Virus record (IMG/VR): IMGVR_UViG_3300025383_000010
Length of the DNA stretch: 64,000 bases
Origin: a virus
Strand: one strand, 5' to 3'
Part shown: one piece after another, positions 27,833-37,326 of the stretch
How the letters are laid out: every line of letters begins with the position of its first letter
How positions within the stretch are numbered: the stretch's first letter is position 1
Notes under the pieces: model-generated
What the model saw: only the letters and a program-made list of their open reading frames with translations
Told to the model about the DNA's origin: nothing
The model's database searches: none
Made by a program: the position numbers and the translations under genes

Positions 27833-30688
27833 ATGAGTTCTATCATGAAGGGTATCGTTGACGAAGGGGAAAACGTAGCTGTAATCTACATTGACGGTAA
27901 GGCAGCAACCAAATACGCAAGAGCGCATGAAGCAGAAGAAGATGCAAAGCGTATGCGTACTAAGTTCCCTAACAAGAAGATTGAAGTCAAGCAAGAAATG
28001 AGAGAAGATGTCCAGCTTGACGAAAACCTTCATAAATGGTTCAAAGAAAAGTGGGTACGTTTTGGACCTGATGGTAAGATTCGCGGTGCTTGTGCTAGAG
28101 GTAGCGATAGTGAAGGTAAGCCAAAGTGCCTACCGCAAAGCAAAGCTCACTCTATTGGCAAAAAGGGTCGCAAGTATGCTGCTAGTAAAAAGCGCAGAGA
28201 AGATCCAAACCCAGATCGTCATGGCCCAGCACACAATGTTGCTACAAAGAAAAAGACCAATGAAGAAATGATGGATGAGAATTGCTGGAAGGGTTATCAT
28301 AAAGAAGGTAACAAGAAGATGTTCGGCAAGACTGTTCCCAACTGTGTAAAGAACGAAGACCAAGAGTTGGACGAAAAGTGGAGCGCAAAGTATAAGCGCA
28401 GTATTGATTGCTCACATCCAAAAGGCTTCAGTCAAAAAGCACATTGTGCCGGACGCAAAAAGAATGAAGACATTCAAGAAACACAGCAATGCCCAGAATG
28501 CGGCGGAGCAATGTATCATGAATCAATGCTTAATGAAAAGCAAGATGCCTGCTATTATAAAGTTAAGAGTCGCTATAAGGTTTGGCCAAGTGCATATGCT
28601 AGCGGTGCATTAGTTCAGTGTCGCAAGAAAGGTGCTAAGAATTGGGGAACCAAGAGCGAGAGCGTAGAAGAAGCCGCTAATCCTGCACAACAGGCCGCTA
28701 TCGCTATCAATATGAAAAAGCATCATAAGAAGCCAAAGAATGAGGCAAAAGGCACACCTGGTGGTGTAGAAATGTTTAGAACACCTGCAATGGTCAATGC
28801 TACTATGCAGCAAAGTCTATACAAAAAGGATTTGGATCCTATTAAGAGAGCAGAAAACCTTGCAAAACAGAAAGCATATCGTGATGCTAATCCAAAAGAA
28901 CCGGTGCAAAACATTCACATAGGCGCAGGCGCATATCCTATCTCTGTACTTCAAAATTGGATGGATAATAAAGATATTAACAGCGTTATGCAGTTTGCAA
29001 TCAATAAGTTTGGCAATAAACAATCCAAGGAATTTAAAGCTGAATTAGCCTCGGATCCTAAGTTCAAAGAAGCATTTGTTAATCTACTGGATGTCGGCGC
29101 GGGCAACTTAGCTGCTAGAAATGCATATATGGCAAAACGAGGTGTTAAAACTCCGGACACTGATTATAGAACGGCGGAACAAACACAAGCCGGATATGAT
29201 GCAGTTAACAGAATAAATGATATATTACTCTCTTATTACAAAAAGTATGGGGTTGATAAAACTGGGCGCAGAGTGCCACCGGGATACAACTATAACTTAG
29301 AAGAGGGCGTAATCGTAGGACACGATGCTAAAGATCCAGAAGTTGCTATTCTCGGTGGTGCTGGAACAATGAGTCTATCACGATTAAAGAAGAAAGCGCA
29401 CGGTGAAGCTACTGCATTAGCAAATGACATTAGTAAAGGTTCATTCAAAGCAGCAGCCTACAATATCAAGCAACTCGCTAACACACTTAACACTATCGCA
29501 GCAGCCGAAGAAGAAATGGCAAAGAGATATTTCGTTGAAGCAATGGATTGGCAACAAGGAAACAATAACGTTCAACACGACCATACTTTTTTTGAAGCAA
29601 TGGAATATTTAAAGCATATTTATCCTATTGTAAAGCAGTATTTGATTCGTAGAGCAGAGGTAGGATTCCGTGCAGTAAAAAGCCTAGATTATCTATCTAG
29701 TGCTGACCCAATGAAGCATTTAGATGATAAGCAATTCCTAAAAAGCATGTCTAACATGAAAAATGTTGATGCGGTTATTAAATATCTCAATTTAAATAGA
29801 CTATCAATAATGAGCGGTAGTAAACAAGTTTCTGCTAGCATTGGTTATACATGGACCACTTTCTTAAGCCCGAAAAAGGATTTTGGAGTAATATACTATC
29901 AGGATCGCGGTATGGGGCAGGATATGATTGTCATTGGTGCCAAAGATAACGCTACACATAGAAAAGTTTATGATGTATTTGTTGATGCTGGCGTAATTGT
30001 AGGCAGAGAGAAAAAAATAAAAGAACCTGAATTGCCTAAGGGTATGAGAGTGTCCGGTGCAGCTTCTCGTGATGACGCATATAACCGTGCAATGAATAAG
30101 TTCTTAGGCAATAATGATGATGACGGGGTTAACGAAGACTATACTGGAGAGTTTGCAGCAGAAAAGACTCCTGCAGTTAATCCATATGGTGGGTTAAAGG
30201 ATCGTAAGTTTAGAGGTGCTATCAGTGAAGGTATTGCATTGAGTGAAATGCCAGACACTTCAGGTGCAGTTGGTGTTCAGCCAGGCGGTTGGAGAACTTA
30301 TAAATCAAAAAGTGCCGGCGTAAGCGAAAGTAGATATACCGATGACATCATGACATTCGCAAAGGATTTAAATAGTGAAATGCGTAGAGAACGCTATGAT
30401 TGGGAATATGTTGATCTAGGCGATTTAGAAGAAGCGATTGATGACGCCAGCGAACAACTCAGTATGTTTGCACATAGCAATATGTGCGATGCGTTCCGTG
30501 AATATGATCTAGAGGATCAAATCAAACTCATCAAGGCATTCAACAAGAAAGCAGTAAAGAACGAAGACACTTCATACGCAGGTGGCATGGGTCAAGGTCA
30601 CTCAGGTGAATCTTATCGCAAGTTTACTCCAAAGAGTGCCGGCACTTTCAAAAAAGAATCAGCCATTATGAAGGGCCTTAAGAGGTAA
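27833..30688 (+). CDS. Putative polyprotein of small basic/Cys modules
   Basis: Modules LHKWFKEKWV, CWKGY..G.K...GKTVPNCV, KWSAKYKRSIDC..PKGFSQKAHC, DACYYKVKSRYKVWPSAYASGAL separated by xxE linkers. Confidence 0.65.
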   Translation: MSSIMKGIVDEGENVAVIYIDGKAATKYARAHEAEEDAKRMRTKFPNKKIEVKQEMREDVQLDENLHKWFKEKWVRFGPDGKIRGACARGSDSEGKPKCLPQSKAHSIGKKGRKYAASKKRREDPNPDRHGPAHNVATKKKTNEEMMDENCWKGYHKEGNKKMFGKTVPNCVKNEDQELDEKWSAKYKRSIDCSHPKGFSQKAHCAGRKKNEDIQETQQCPECGGAMYHESMLNEKQDACYYKVKSRYKVWPSAYASGALVQCRKKGAKNWGTKSESVEEAANPAQQAAIAINMKKHHKKPKNEAKGTPGGVEMFRTPAMVNATMQQSLYKKDLDPIKRAENLAKQKAYRDANPKEPVQNIHIGAGAYPISVLQNWMDNKDINSVMQFAINKFGNKQSKEFKAELASDPKFKEAFVNLLDVGAGNLAARNAYMAKRGVKTPDTDYRTAEQTQAGYDAVNRINDILLSYYKKYGVDKTGRRVPPGYNYNLEEGVIVGHDAKDPEVAILGGAGTMSLSRLKKKAHGEATALANDISKGSFKAAAYNIKQLANTLNTIAAAEEEMAKRYFVEAMDWQQGNNNVQHDHTFFEAMEYLKHIYPIVKQYLIRRAEVGFRAVKSLDYLSSADPMKHLDDKQFLKSMSNMKNVDAVIKYLNLNRLSIMSGSKQVSASIGYTWTTFLSPKKDFGVIYYQDRGMGQDMIVIGAKDNATHRKVYDVFVDAGVIVGREKKIKEPELPKGMRVSGAASRDDAYNRAMNKFLGNNDDDGVNEDYTGEFAAEKTPAVNPYGGLKDRKFRGAISEGIALSEMPDTSGAVGVQPGGWRTYKSKSAGVSESRYTDDIMTFAKDLNSEMRRERYDWEYVDLGDLEEAIDDASEQLSMFAHSNMCDAFREYDLEDQIKLIKAFNKKAVKNEDTSYAGGMGQGHSGESYRKFTPKSAGTFKKESAIMKGLKR

Positions 30689-30693
30689 TAAGA

Positions 30694-32649
30694 ATGACCT
30701 CTGATTTAGCAAAGTTAATGGAATATATTGATATGCTACAGTCAGAGGAAGTTCCTGAACCAATTGAGGAAATAGTAGAAGAAAACAAAGTGCATCCACT
30801 ATTACAAGCAATGCAAGAACTTCGTGAAGAAGGTATAGTTGAATCTGTTGATCCTGGCACAATCTTCAATCAAGTGAAAGATATTCACAGAGAGTTTAGC
30901 GACATTGAAGAAGGTGACTTGCCTGATCGTATTTATTGGTTTGATGAATATAAGAAAAGTGAACTACCACTATCAAAGATTAACTTAGATGAGTTCTATG
31001 TTGATGAAGATTTAGTAGAAGACTATATTGAATATATCAAAGACTCACCCAAAACAATGCCACCTATTGTTTATGACCCCATTGCAGGTTCAGTGATTGA
31101 TGGTATGCATCGTGCTAATGCTTATGCTCGTTTAGGGTATGAGACGATCCCTGCTTATGTTGGCTTAACGAAGTCAAGCAGCTACGGTGAGCGCGAACCA
31201 GATAACATTGATGAGACAGTTGAAGAACCAGTCATTGAAGCAAGCCCCGATACATTAGAGGGTAGCTTCACTCCAGACTTAGTTGAGAGTAAGACATGGT
31301 TAGCTAAATTGTTAGCTAAGGGTCTAAAGGGCAAGAATGCTGGTACTATCTATGTATTAGGTAGCTGGTATGGCAACATGGGTATCTTCTTACAGCAAGC
31401 TGGTGTAAACTTTAAGAAACTAGTATTAGTTGAACCAGACGAAGAAAAGTTAATGCGTAGTAAAGACTTATTACAGCAACTAAATGATGACGGTAAACTC
31501 ATATTAATTCATCAAAATGCAGAAGATATTGTATATGAAAAGCCATGCGTAGTAATTAATACTAGCTGCAATGAAACAGGTCCAGTATTCTTAGCAAAAC
31601 TTCCTGATAATGTATTATGTTGTTTACAGGCTCGTAATAATGTTGACAATGTATTATTAGATACAGATAGTTTAGAAGAATTTGTTGAATATTTCCCATT
31701 AAACAAAACTTATTATACTGGCGAGAAAGAGTTAGCTGATCCTGAAACAGAATATACTCGTTATATGATCATTGGTCGTAGTGGTAAAAAGCTAAATGAG
31801 TCAGCAACAGACAATAAACAGAGAATGTCATCGGAACAGACTCTTGACTATTTACGATCAATCATGGGTACTGTTATAGATAGAGACGATTATGATCATT
31901 GGCGAAATCGTGTTTTAGATCACGATCACTTTGACTTCAAGACCATTCCTACAAATTCAATTTATAATGAACTGCCCGGATTGGAAAAAGACAAGATTGA
32001 AAAATACAAAAAGATGGACTTTTCAAAGGCACCTCCCGTTGTAGTAGACAGTGATGGCTATCTAATAGATGGATATCATAGAGTAAACACAGCAAGGGCA
32101 CTGGGCGTACCGACTGTCAAGGCCTGGGTAGGTGTTAAACAAACTAATGAAACAGTAAGCACTGGACTAGGCGGTGGTAGTGCTGGTAACAATGGTGGCT
32201 CAATGGTCGGCGGCCCTACTACATATGAGCAAGAATATGGTATGGTAAAGAGTAGAGGTCAACGTAGAATCATGACCATGACTGAGGATACTACTACATT
32301 AAGTGATATCTACGATAACAACTACCCAGATCATAATGAATTGATTTGGAACTATATCGGCACCAGTGACCTTGATACTCCATTCATGATTCAAACTATT
32401 AATCCAAACAAACTAAATCTATGCTTGACTAGCCAGTATAGAATAGAACATATTGAAGAACTATTTGATATGATGGATGAAGATCAACGAGAAACAGTAG
32501 AACATTATGAAAATGATCCTAATCTCAGTGATCAAATCATTGTAATGAACGATGGTAGAATCATTGACGGCAATCATAGAGCGTTAGCAGCAGTGTTGTC
32601 TAATCGTCCAATCAAGTTTGTTGACATTGGTGAAGAAGAAGACATATAA
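30694..32649 (+). CDS. Multidomain protein: three ParB/Srx-like domains plus a Rossmann methyltransferase-like domain
   Basis: PPIV..VIDGMHRA, PPVVV..LIDGYHRV, IIDGNHRA; YVLGSWYGNMG...VINTSCNE. Confidence 0.75.
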   Translation: MTSDLAKLMEYIDMLQSEEVPEPIEEIVEENKVHPLLQAMQELREEGIVESVDPGTIFNQVKDIHREFSDIEEGDLPDRIYWFDEYKKSELPLSKINLDEFYVDEDLVEDYIEYIKDSPKTMPPIVYDPIAGSVIDGMHRANAYARLGYETIPAYVGLTKSSSYGEREPDNIDETVEEPVIEASPDTLEGSFTPDLVESKTWLAKLLAKGLKGKNAGTIYVLGSWYGNMGIFLQQAGVNFKKLVLVEPDEEKLMRSKDLLQQLNDDGKLILIHQNAEDIVYEKPCVVINTSCNETGPVFLAKLPDNVLCCLQARNNVDNVLLDTDSLEEFVEYFPLNKTYYTGEKELADPETEYTRYMIIGRSGKKLNESATDNKQRMSSEQTLDYLRSIMGTVIDRDDYDHWRNRVLDHDHFDFKTIPTNSIYNELPGLEKDKIEKYKKMDFSKAPPVVVDSDGYLIDGYHRVNTARALGVPTVKAWVGVKQTNETVSTGLGGGSAGNNGGSMVGGPTTYEQEYGMVKSRGQRRIMTMTEDTTTLSDIYDNNYPDHNELIWNYIGTSDLDTPFMIQTINPNKLNLCLTSQYRIEHIEELFDMMDEDQRETVEHYENDPNLSDQIIVMNDGRIIDGNHRALAAVLSNRPIKFVDIGEEEDI

Positions 32650-32676
32650 GCATAAATAGTCTATAGGACTATAATC

Positions 32677-33120
32677 ATGCTACCAGAAACACTTAAAACA
32701 CTTTTGGCTTCAGCCTACACGCTTTCTATCAAGGCTCAACAGTTTCATTGGAACGTTGAAGGCCCTGACTTCCCCCAGTATCACGAGTTTCTAGGCAACT
32801 TCTATGAAGAAGTTTATGGAAACACTATTGATAGACTAGCGGAAACTATTCGCCAGTTAGATGAATATGCTCCTGGCAGTCTCACTCGCTTTGCTGAGTT
32901 GTCACAAATCTCAGACCAGACTAAAGTTCCTCGTGCTGAATTGATGATGCAGGAACTATATCATGATAACGCTACGATTCTTGCTATGTACAAGCAAGCG
33001 TTTCATGTAGCTAATGATGCAGATGAACAGGGCATTGCGAACTTCATTGCAGAGCGCATTGATGCTCACGCCAAGCATAATTGGATGTTGAGAAGTATTC
33101 TTAAAACTCAGAGAGCATAA
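32677..33120 (+). CDS. dps: Dps ferritin-like protein
   Basis: QQFHWNVEGPDFPQYHEFL...IDRLAE...KHNWML; late promoter 32651-32658. Confidence 0.92.
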   Translation: MLPETLKTLLASAYTLSIKAQQFHWNVEGPDFPQYHEFLGNFYEEVYGNTIDRLAETIRQLDEYAPGSLTRFAELSQISDQTKVPRAELMMQELYHDNATILAMYKQAFHVANDADEQGIANFIAERIDAHAKHNWMLRSILKTQRA

Positions 33121-36050
33121 TGAGAGCAAAACATTTTCTTGAACTATATGAGGCTCAGCAAGAGTTATTTGAAGTTGAAATGAGTCCTTCAAATCTCAAG
33201 AAGTTGGCCGCTGGTGTTCCTGGTGCCAAAGTTGGCATAGAGTTTGAAATGGTCGTCCCTGATGTTGAAATTGATGATGAAGATAGATATGACGAGCCAG
33301 AAGAAGATTATAGCCATGATCCACGTCCCGATGATATTGATGACATCGTTCGTTTCTTTGGTGGTGAAGACGAGTATGTTGGACAACAGAATAGTGATCG
33401 TGAAGTAGAACGACTAGGCGAAGAACTTACTGAAAAGTTTCATGAATGGCAAACTGAGCAGATTGACAATGATTGGAATGGTCCAGATGGTAAAGGCTTC
33501 TTTAGAGACTGGTGTCACAATAACATAAGTGATGAAGACGTTGCCGAGCATGTAGGCAAAGGAGAAGACTTATTCGGAGAAACAGTTCCCGACAAAGAAG
33601 ATTGGGAAAAGTTTATTGAAGATGAATGGGACGAACAGGGCGATAATTATAATAGAGCCTATGAAGAATATATTGAAACTAAACGAGACGAAGGTGACTT
33701 TAGCGAAAGAGACTTTTTGCACGACATTGGCATTGATGAGATGTCGGATGTTATGAGACGAGTTAACGCAAATATTTCGTGGCCATATTACACTGCGCCG
33801 GAATCTAGTTATGGTGGTGGTGAAGCCATTGAATCTATCGGTGATGATTTTAGTGAGGCAATTGGCAAAAAAGTTTATTCAAGCAGTGATTATCACGGCG
33901 CACGTAGAGCACCGGATGCATACTCATTAGAAACTGATAGTAGTATTAATCATAGATCAGGTGAAGCTGGATTAGAGTTTATCAGTCCTCCCATGCCTGT
34001 TGATGAAATGATTGAAGACTTAAAGAAAGTTAAAGAATGGGCTGATGACCGCGGAGCATATACTAATAATTCAACTGGTCTGCACATTAACGTTAGTGTT
34101 CCTAACTATAGTCGTGATGACCTTGACTATGTAAAGTTAGCTATATTACTTGGCGACAAGTATGTATTAGATAAGTTTGGACGTATTGGCAATACATATG
34201 CTAAATCAGCACTTGACATTATTAAAGAAAGAGCTAATAGTCCAGCAGATGTTGATAGACTATTAAAGCAATTAAAAGGCAATATGGAAACTATTGCTAG
34301 TAAATTAATTCACAGTGGTCGCACTAACAAGTATACTAGTATTAATACTAAAGATAGCTACGTAGAATTCCGTAGTGCAGGTGGCGATTGGCTTGACAAA
34401 AACTTTGATAAGATTGAAGATACATTATTGAGATTCGTAGTAGCACTTGATGCTGCCTGCGATCCAAAGAAGTATAAGAAAGAATACTTAAAGGGTTTGT
34501 ATAAGTTGCTCAAGCCTAAGGATCCAAAGAGCGATATGAGCTATCTTGCTCGTTATATGGCTGGGGAAATCACTCGCTCAGAATATGCTAAGCAGCTTGA
34601 AAAAACTCGCACCGAACGTTTTAAAGACCAAGGTATTAGAATCCTTCACCCAGATGATGTTGAAGAAAACGATTGGGTAGTAGAATATAACGATGGTAAG
34701 AAAGAAAATACCATTTATATTGCAAACACTGATACAGTTCCTGATGAGTCATCCGCATTTAAGGCCGCACAAAAGTTCAAGCCAAATTGGTTTAGACCAG
34801 ACACGATTGAATATATCACTGTAAAGCCATTTAAGTTTGACCCTTCATTAGATGATCTTAAACTATATCGTGCTGACTATGGTCATGGGCTTACCAGCGT
34901 TGTTGCAGAAAACGAAGAAGAAGCAAGAGATTATGTACTAGCAATGAATCCGGAATATTTTGCAGCACATCCCAATACTGAAATCACGTTGACTGACGAA
35001 CATGCTAGTAAGCGTCAAATTAATCAGATGATTGAATGGCAAACTAATAAAGTTCGTGAGGGTCTAGAATGGTCACAGCGTCCAAAGATTTGGCGTGTTA
35101 GAGTAGTTGATGGATCAAATGGTTATCAACGCTACTTCTTTATAGCTGCAACTACAAGAGATAACGCAATTAATGTAGCGAATAAACTTGAAGGTGAAGA
35201 CGTAGAAGGTATGCAAGGGTTTGATATGTATATAGATCAAAACTATCCTGATGAGGACACATATCAAGAATATGAAAAAGCGCAAGAAGATTTAATTCAA
35301 CAACGTGAACAAGAAAGACAGCGAGATAGAGAAACTACTGAGTTCAATAAAGCCGGCGAAGATGAAACTATTGACATTAGTAATCTAAAGACATATCGTT
35401 TAAGCAATTACAATGGTTATGCATATTTTGTTGCTGAAAATGGTGCTGAGGCTGTTGAAATAGCTATGAAATTAGAACCTGATAAGTTTGTTCGTCCAGA
35501 AGATATTACGGTACAAGATCAATCAGGTTTAGTATCTACCAGCCAGCCTTCGTTAATGCGTAGTATGTATAAGAGTCAGCAAGAAAAGTTAGCCCGTCTT
35601 GAGCAGTCTACTCAACCTGAGCAGTATAGCGTTTATGACACAAGCAATGGCCGCGGCGACAATATCTTTATTGCAGCAAGAACACCAGTTGAAGCGCATA
35701 CAATCGCTGCTAGACTATACCCTGATATCTTCAATGATGAAATAAGAACAGAGAGATATGGTGCCGCTACGCAAATGGATGCTAATAGATTATTGCGACA
35801 GCAAGCCGCAAGAGAGCAGGCATTAAGACAATCTAATCCACAATTTAGCGGATCATTTGGATCTCCAGAGCCTGCATTTAGTGAACCATCATCTACTAGA
35901 CAGTCTTGGAGAGTTCAAAATGTAGACTCCGGAGAAGCTCGCTATTTCCCGGCTATTGATATGCAGGATGCTATTAACACAGCAAGACGAGAATATCCTG
36001 CAATGTTCCCACGATCTGCGGGATTGTATGCTACACGAGCAAGTAACTAA
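33120..36050 (+). CDS. Putative amidoligase (COOH-NH2 ligase type 2) with six C-terminal repeats
   Basis: GIEFE, ETDSSI, GLEFISPP, STGLHINVS, KYTSIN, YVEFR. Confidence 0.8.
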   Translation: MRAKHFLELYEAQQELFEVEMSPSNLKKLAAGVPGAKVGIEFEMVVPDVEIDDEDRYDEPEEDYSHDPRPDDIDDIVRFFGGEDEYVGQQNSDREVERLGEELTEKFHEWQTEQIDNDWNGPDGKGFFRDWCHNNISDEDVAEHVGKGEDLFGETVPDKEDWEKFIEDEWDEQGDNYNRAYEEYIETKRDEGDFSERDFLHDIGIDEMSDVMRRVNANISWPYYTAPESSYGGGEAIESIGDDFSEAIGKKVYSSSDYHGARRAPDAYSLETDSSINHRSGEAGLEFISPPMPVDEMIEDLKKVKEWADDRGAYTNNSTGLHINVSVPNYSRDDLDYVKLAILLGDKYVLDKFGRIGNTYAKSALDIIKERANSPADVDRLLKQLKGNMETIASKLIHSGRTNKYTSINTKDSYVEFRSAGGDWLDKNFDKIEDTLLRFVVALDAACDPKKYKKEYLKGLYKLLKPKDPKSDMSYLARYMAGEITRSEYAKQLEKTRTERFKDQGIRILHPDDVEENDWVVEYNDGKKENTIYIANTDTVPDESSAFKAAQKFKPNWFRPDTIEYITVKPFKFDPSLDDLKLYRADYGHGLTSVVAENEEEARDYVLAMNPEYFAAHPNTEITLTDEHASKRQINQMIEWQTNKVREGLEWSQRPKIWRVRVVDGSNGYQRYFFIAATTRDNAINVANKLEGEDVEGMQGFDMYIDQNYPDEDTYQEYEKAQEDLIQQREQERQRDRETTEFNKAGEDETIDISNLKTYRLSNYNGYAYFVAENGAEAVEIAMKLEPDKFVRPEDITVQDQSGLVSTSQPSLMRSMYKSQQEKLARLEQSTQPEQYSVYDTSNGRGDNIFIAARTPVEAHTIAARLYPDIFNDEIRTERYGAATQMDANRLLRQQAAREQALRQSNPQFSGSFGSPEPAFSEPSSTRQSWRVQNVDSGEARYFPAIDMQDAINTARREYPAMFPRSAGLYATRASN

Positions 36051-37240
36051 TGAGAGCTAATGAATTCATAACCAGTCAACAGTTGGATGAAGACTGGAAG
36101 AAAACTCTAGGCACAGTAGGCGCGGCTGGTGCATTAGCATTAGGTGCTCATTCTCTTATGAAGCCAAAAAATGACTTTCAGCCTGTTACTAGAATTGATT
36201 TGTCCGCACCAAAACCACTAGCTGCTAATGTATTGCATCAAGTTAAAGCAATCATGAATAAGCCCGCTGCAAAGATATTAAAAAATGCTGCTATTAAAGC
36301 AGGGTTGAAGGGTGCAGAGTTGCAACAGTTCATGGCACAATGCGCCCACGAAACTCAGAACTTTTCTTCATTGAAAGAGTTCGGCGGCTCATTAGACTTT
36401 AGAAAATATGATCCAAAATATGCACCAAAGAAAGCAGCAATACTAGGAAATACTAATCCCGGTGATGGTGTCAAATATCATGGGCGCGGATTTATTCAAT
36501 TAACTGGTCGTGAAAACTACAAGAAAGCAGGCACTGCATTAGGACTTCCATTAGAGAAACATCCTGAGTTAGTTGAGAAGCCTAATGTAGCAGCTAAGGT
36601 TGCATTATGGTTTTGGCAGCATCGTGTATCACCTAAGGTAAATGACTTCACTGACACAGAACAGGCTACTAAACATATCAACTCTGGTCTTCATGGATTA
36701 GCCGACAGAGATAAAAAGTTTCAAGCACTACATCAACTAGCATATGTTAGAGAAGATGAGTTAGACGAATACAAAGCTGATAACGATATAAACGGTAAGG
36801 GACTTGGCACCACTGGTTATAACAGTAACGTAGACTATCGTGGATTAAGAGTATTGATGAAGCCAAGTGACTTCTTATCACTTGCTGCACATCTTCCAAG
36901 TCCAACAAGCGTTGATTATATCGTACAGCACATGGAAAAGGGTGGAAGTTTAGGTTCTCCATTCTTGATCATTGACATTCCTGAAAAATACTTTGATGGT
37001 GACTTCACTGGCTTGAACTATGCACAAGTTGTAGGGCATGAAGGTCGCAATCGTATGCTCGCTATTCAGAAAGTAGAAGGTGATGAGCCATGTGAAGTTC
37101 ATATCTTTGGTTACGGAGAAATCAGAGCCAGACACTTTACACCGGAAATCATTGAGCAACTAGAGGTTGCAATGCGTAACCAAGATGGCAAGCTAGTGTT
37201 TGCTAAGCCTGGCCAATTATTATTTGAGCCAATGGCATAA
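36050..37240 (+). CDS. Second GH19 lysin fused to a ParB-like C-terminal module
   Basis: QFMAQCAHET, GDGVKYHGRGFIQLTGRENY, ALWFW, TKHINSG; after ELDE: PFLII...VVGHEGRNRM. Confidence 0.8.
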   Translation: MRANEFITSQQLDEDWKKTLGTVGAAGALALGAHSLMKPKNDFQPVTRIDLSAPKPLAANVLHQVKAIMNKPAAKILKNAAIKAGLKGAELQQFMAQCAHETQNFSSLKEFGGSLDFRKYDPKYAPKKAAILGNTNPGDGVKYHGRGFIQLTGRENYKKAGTALGLPLEKHPELVEKPNVAAKVALWFWQHRVSPKVNDFTDTEQATKHINSGLHGLADRDKKFQALHQLAYVREDELDEYKADNDINGKGLGTTGYNSNVDYRGLRVLMKPSDFLSLAAHLPSPTSVDYIVQHMEKGGSLGSPFLIIDIPEKYFDGDFTGLNYAQVVGHEGRNRMLAIQKVEGDEPCEVHIFGYGEIRARHFTPEIIEQLEVAMRNQDGKLVFAKPGQLLFEPMA

Positions 37241-37246
37241 AAAAGG

Positions 37247-37275
37247 TTGACAACGGTACACACCAATGATATAGT
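37247..37275 (+). promoter_or_regulatory. sigma70-type promoter TTGACA-17-TATAGT, with a late promoter at 37292
   Basis: Near-consensus elements with 17-nt spacing. Confidence 0.65.
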
Positions 37276-37326
37276 GATATTTGTCAGCAGTGATAAATAC
37301 TCTATCAAAACAAAAAGGGTTATAAA

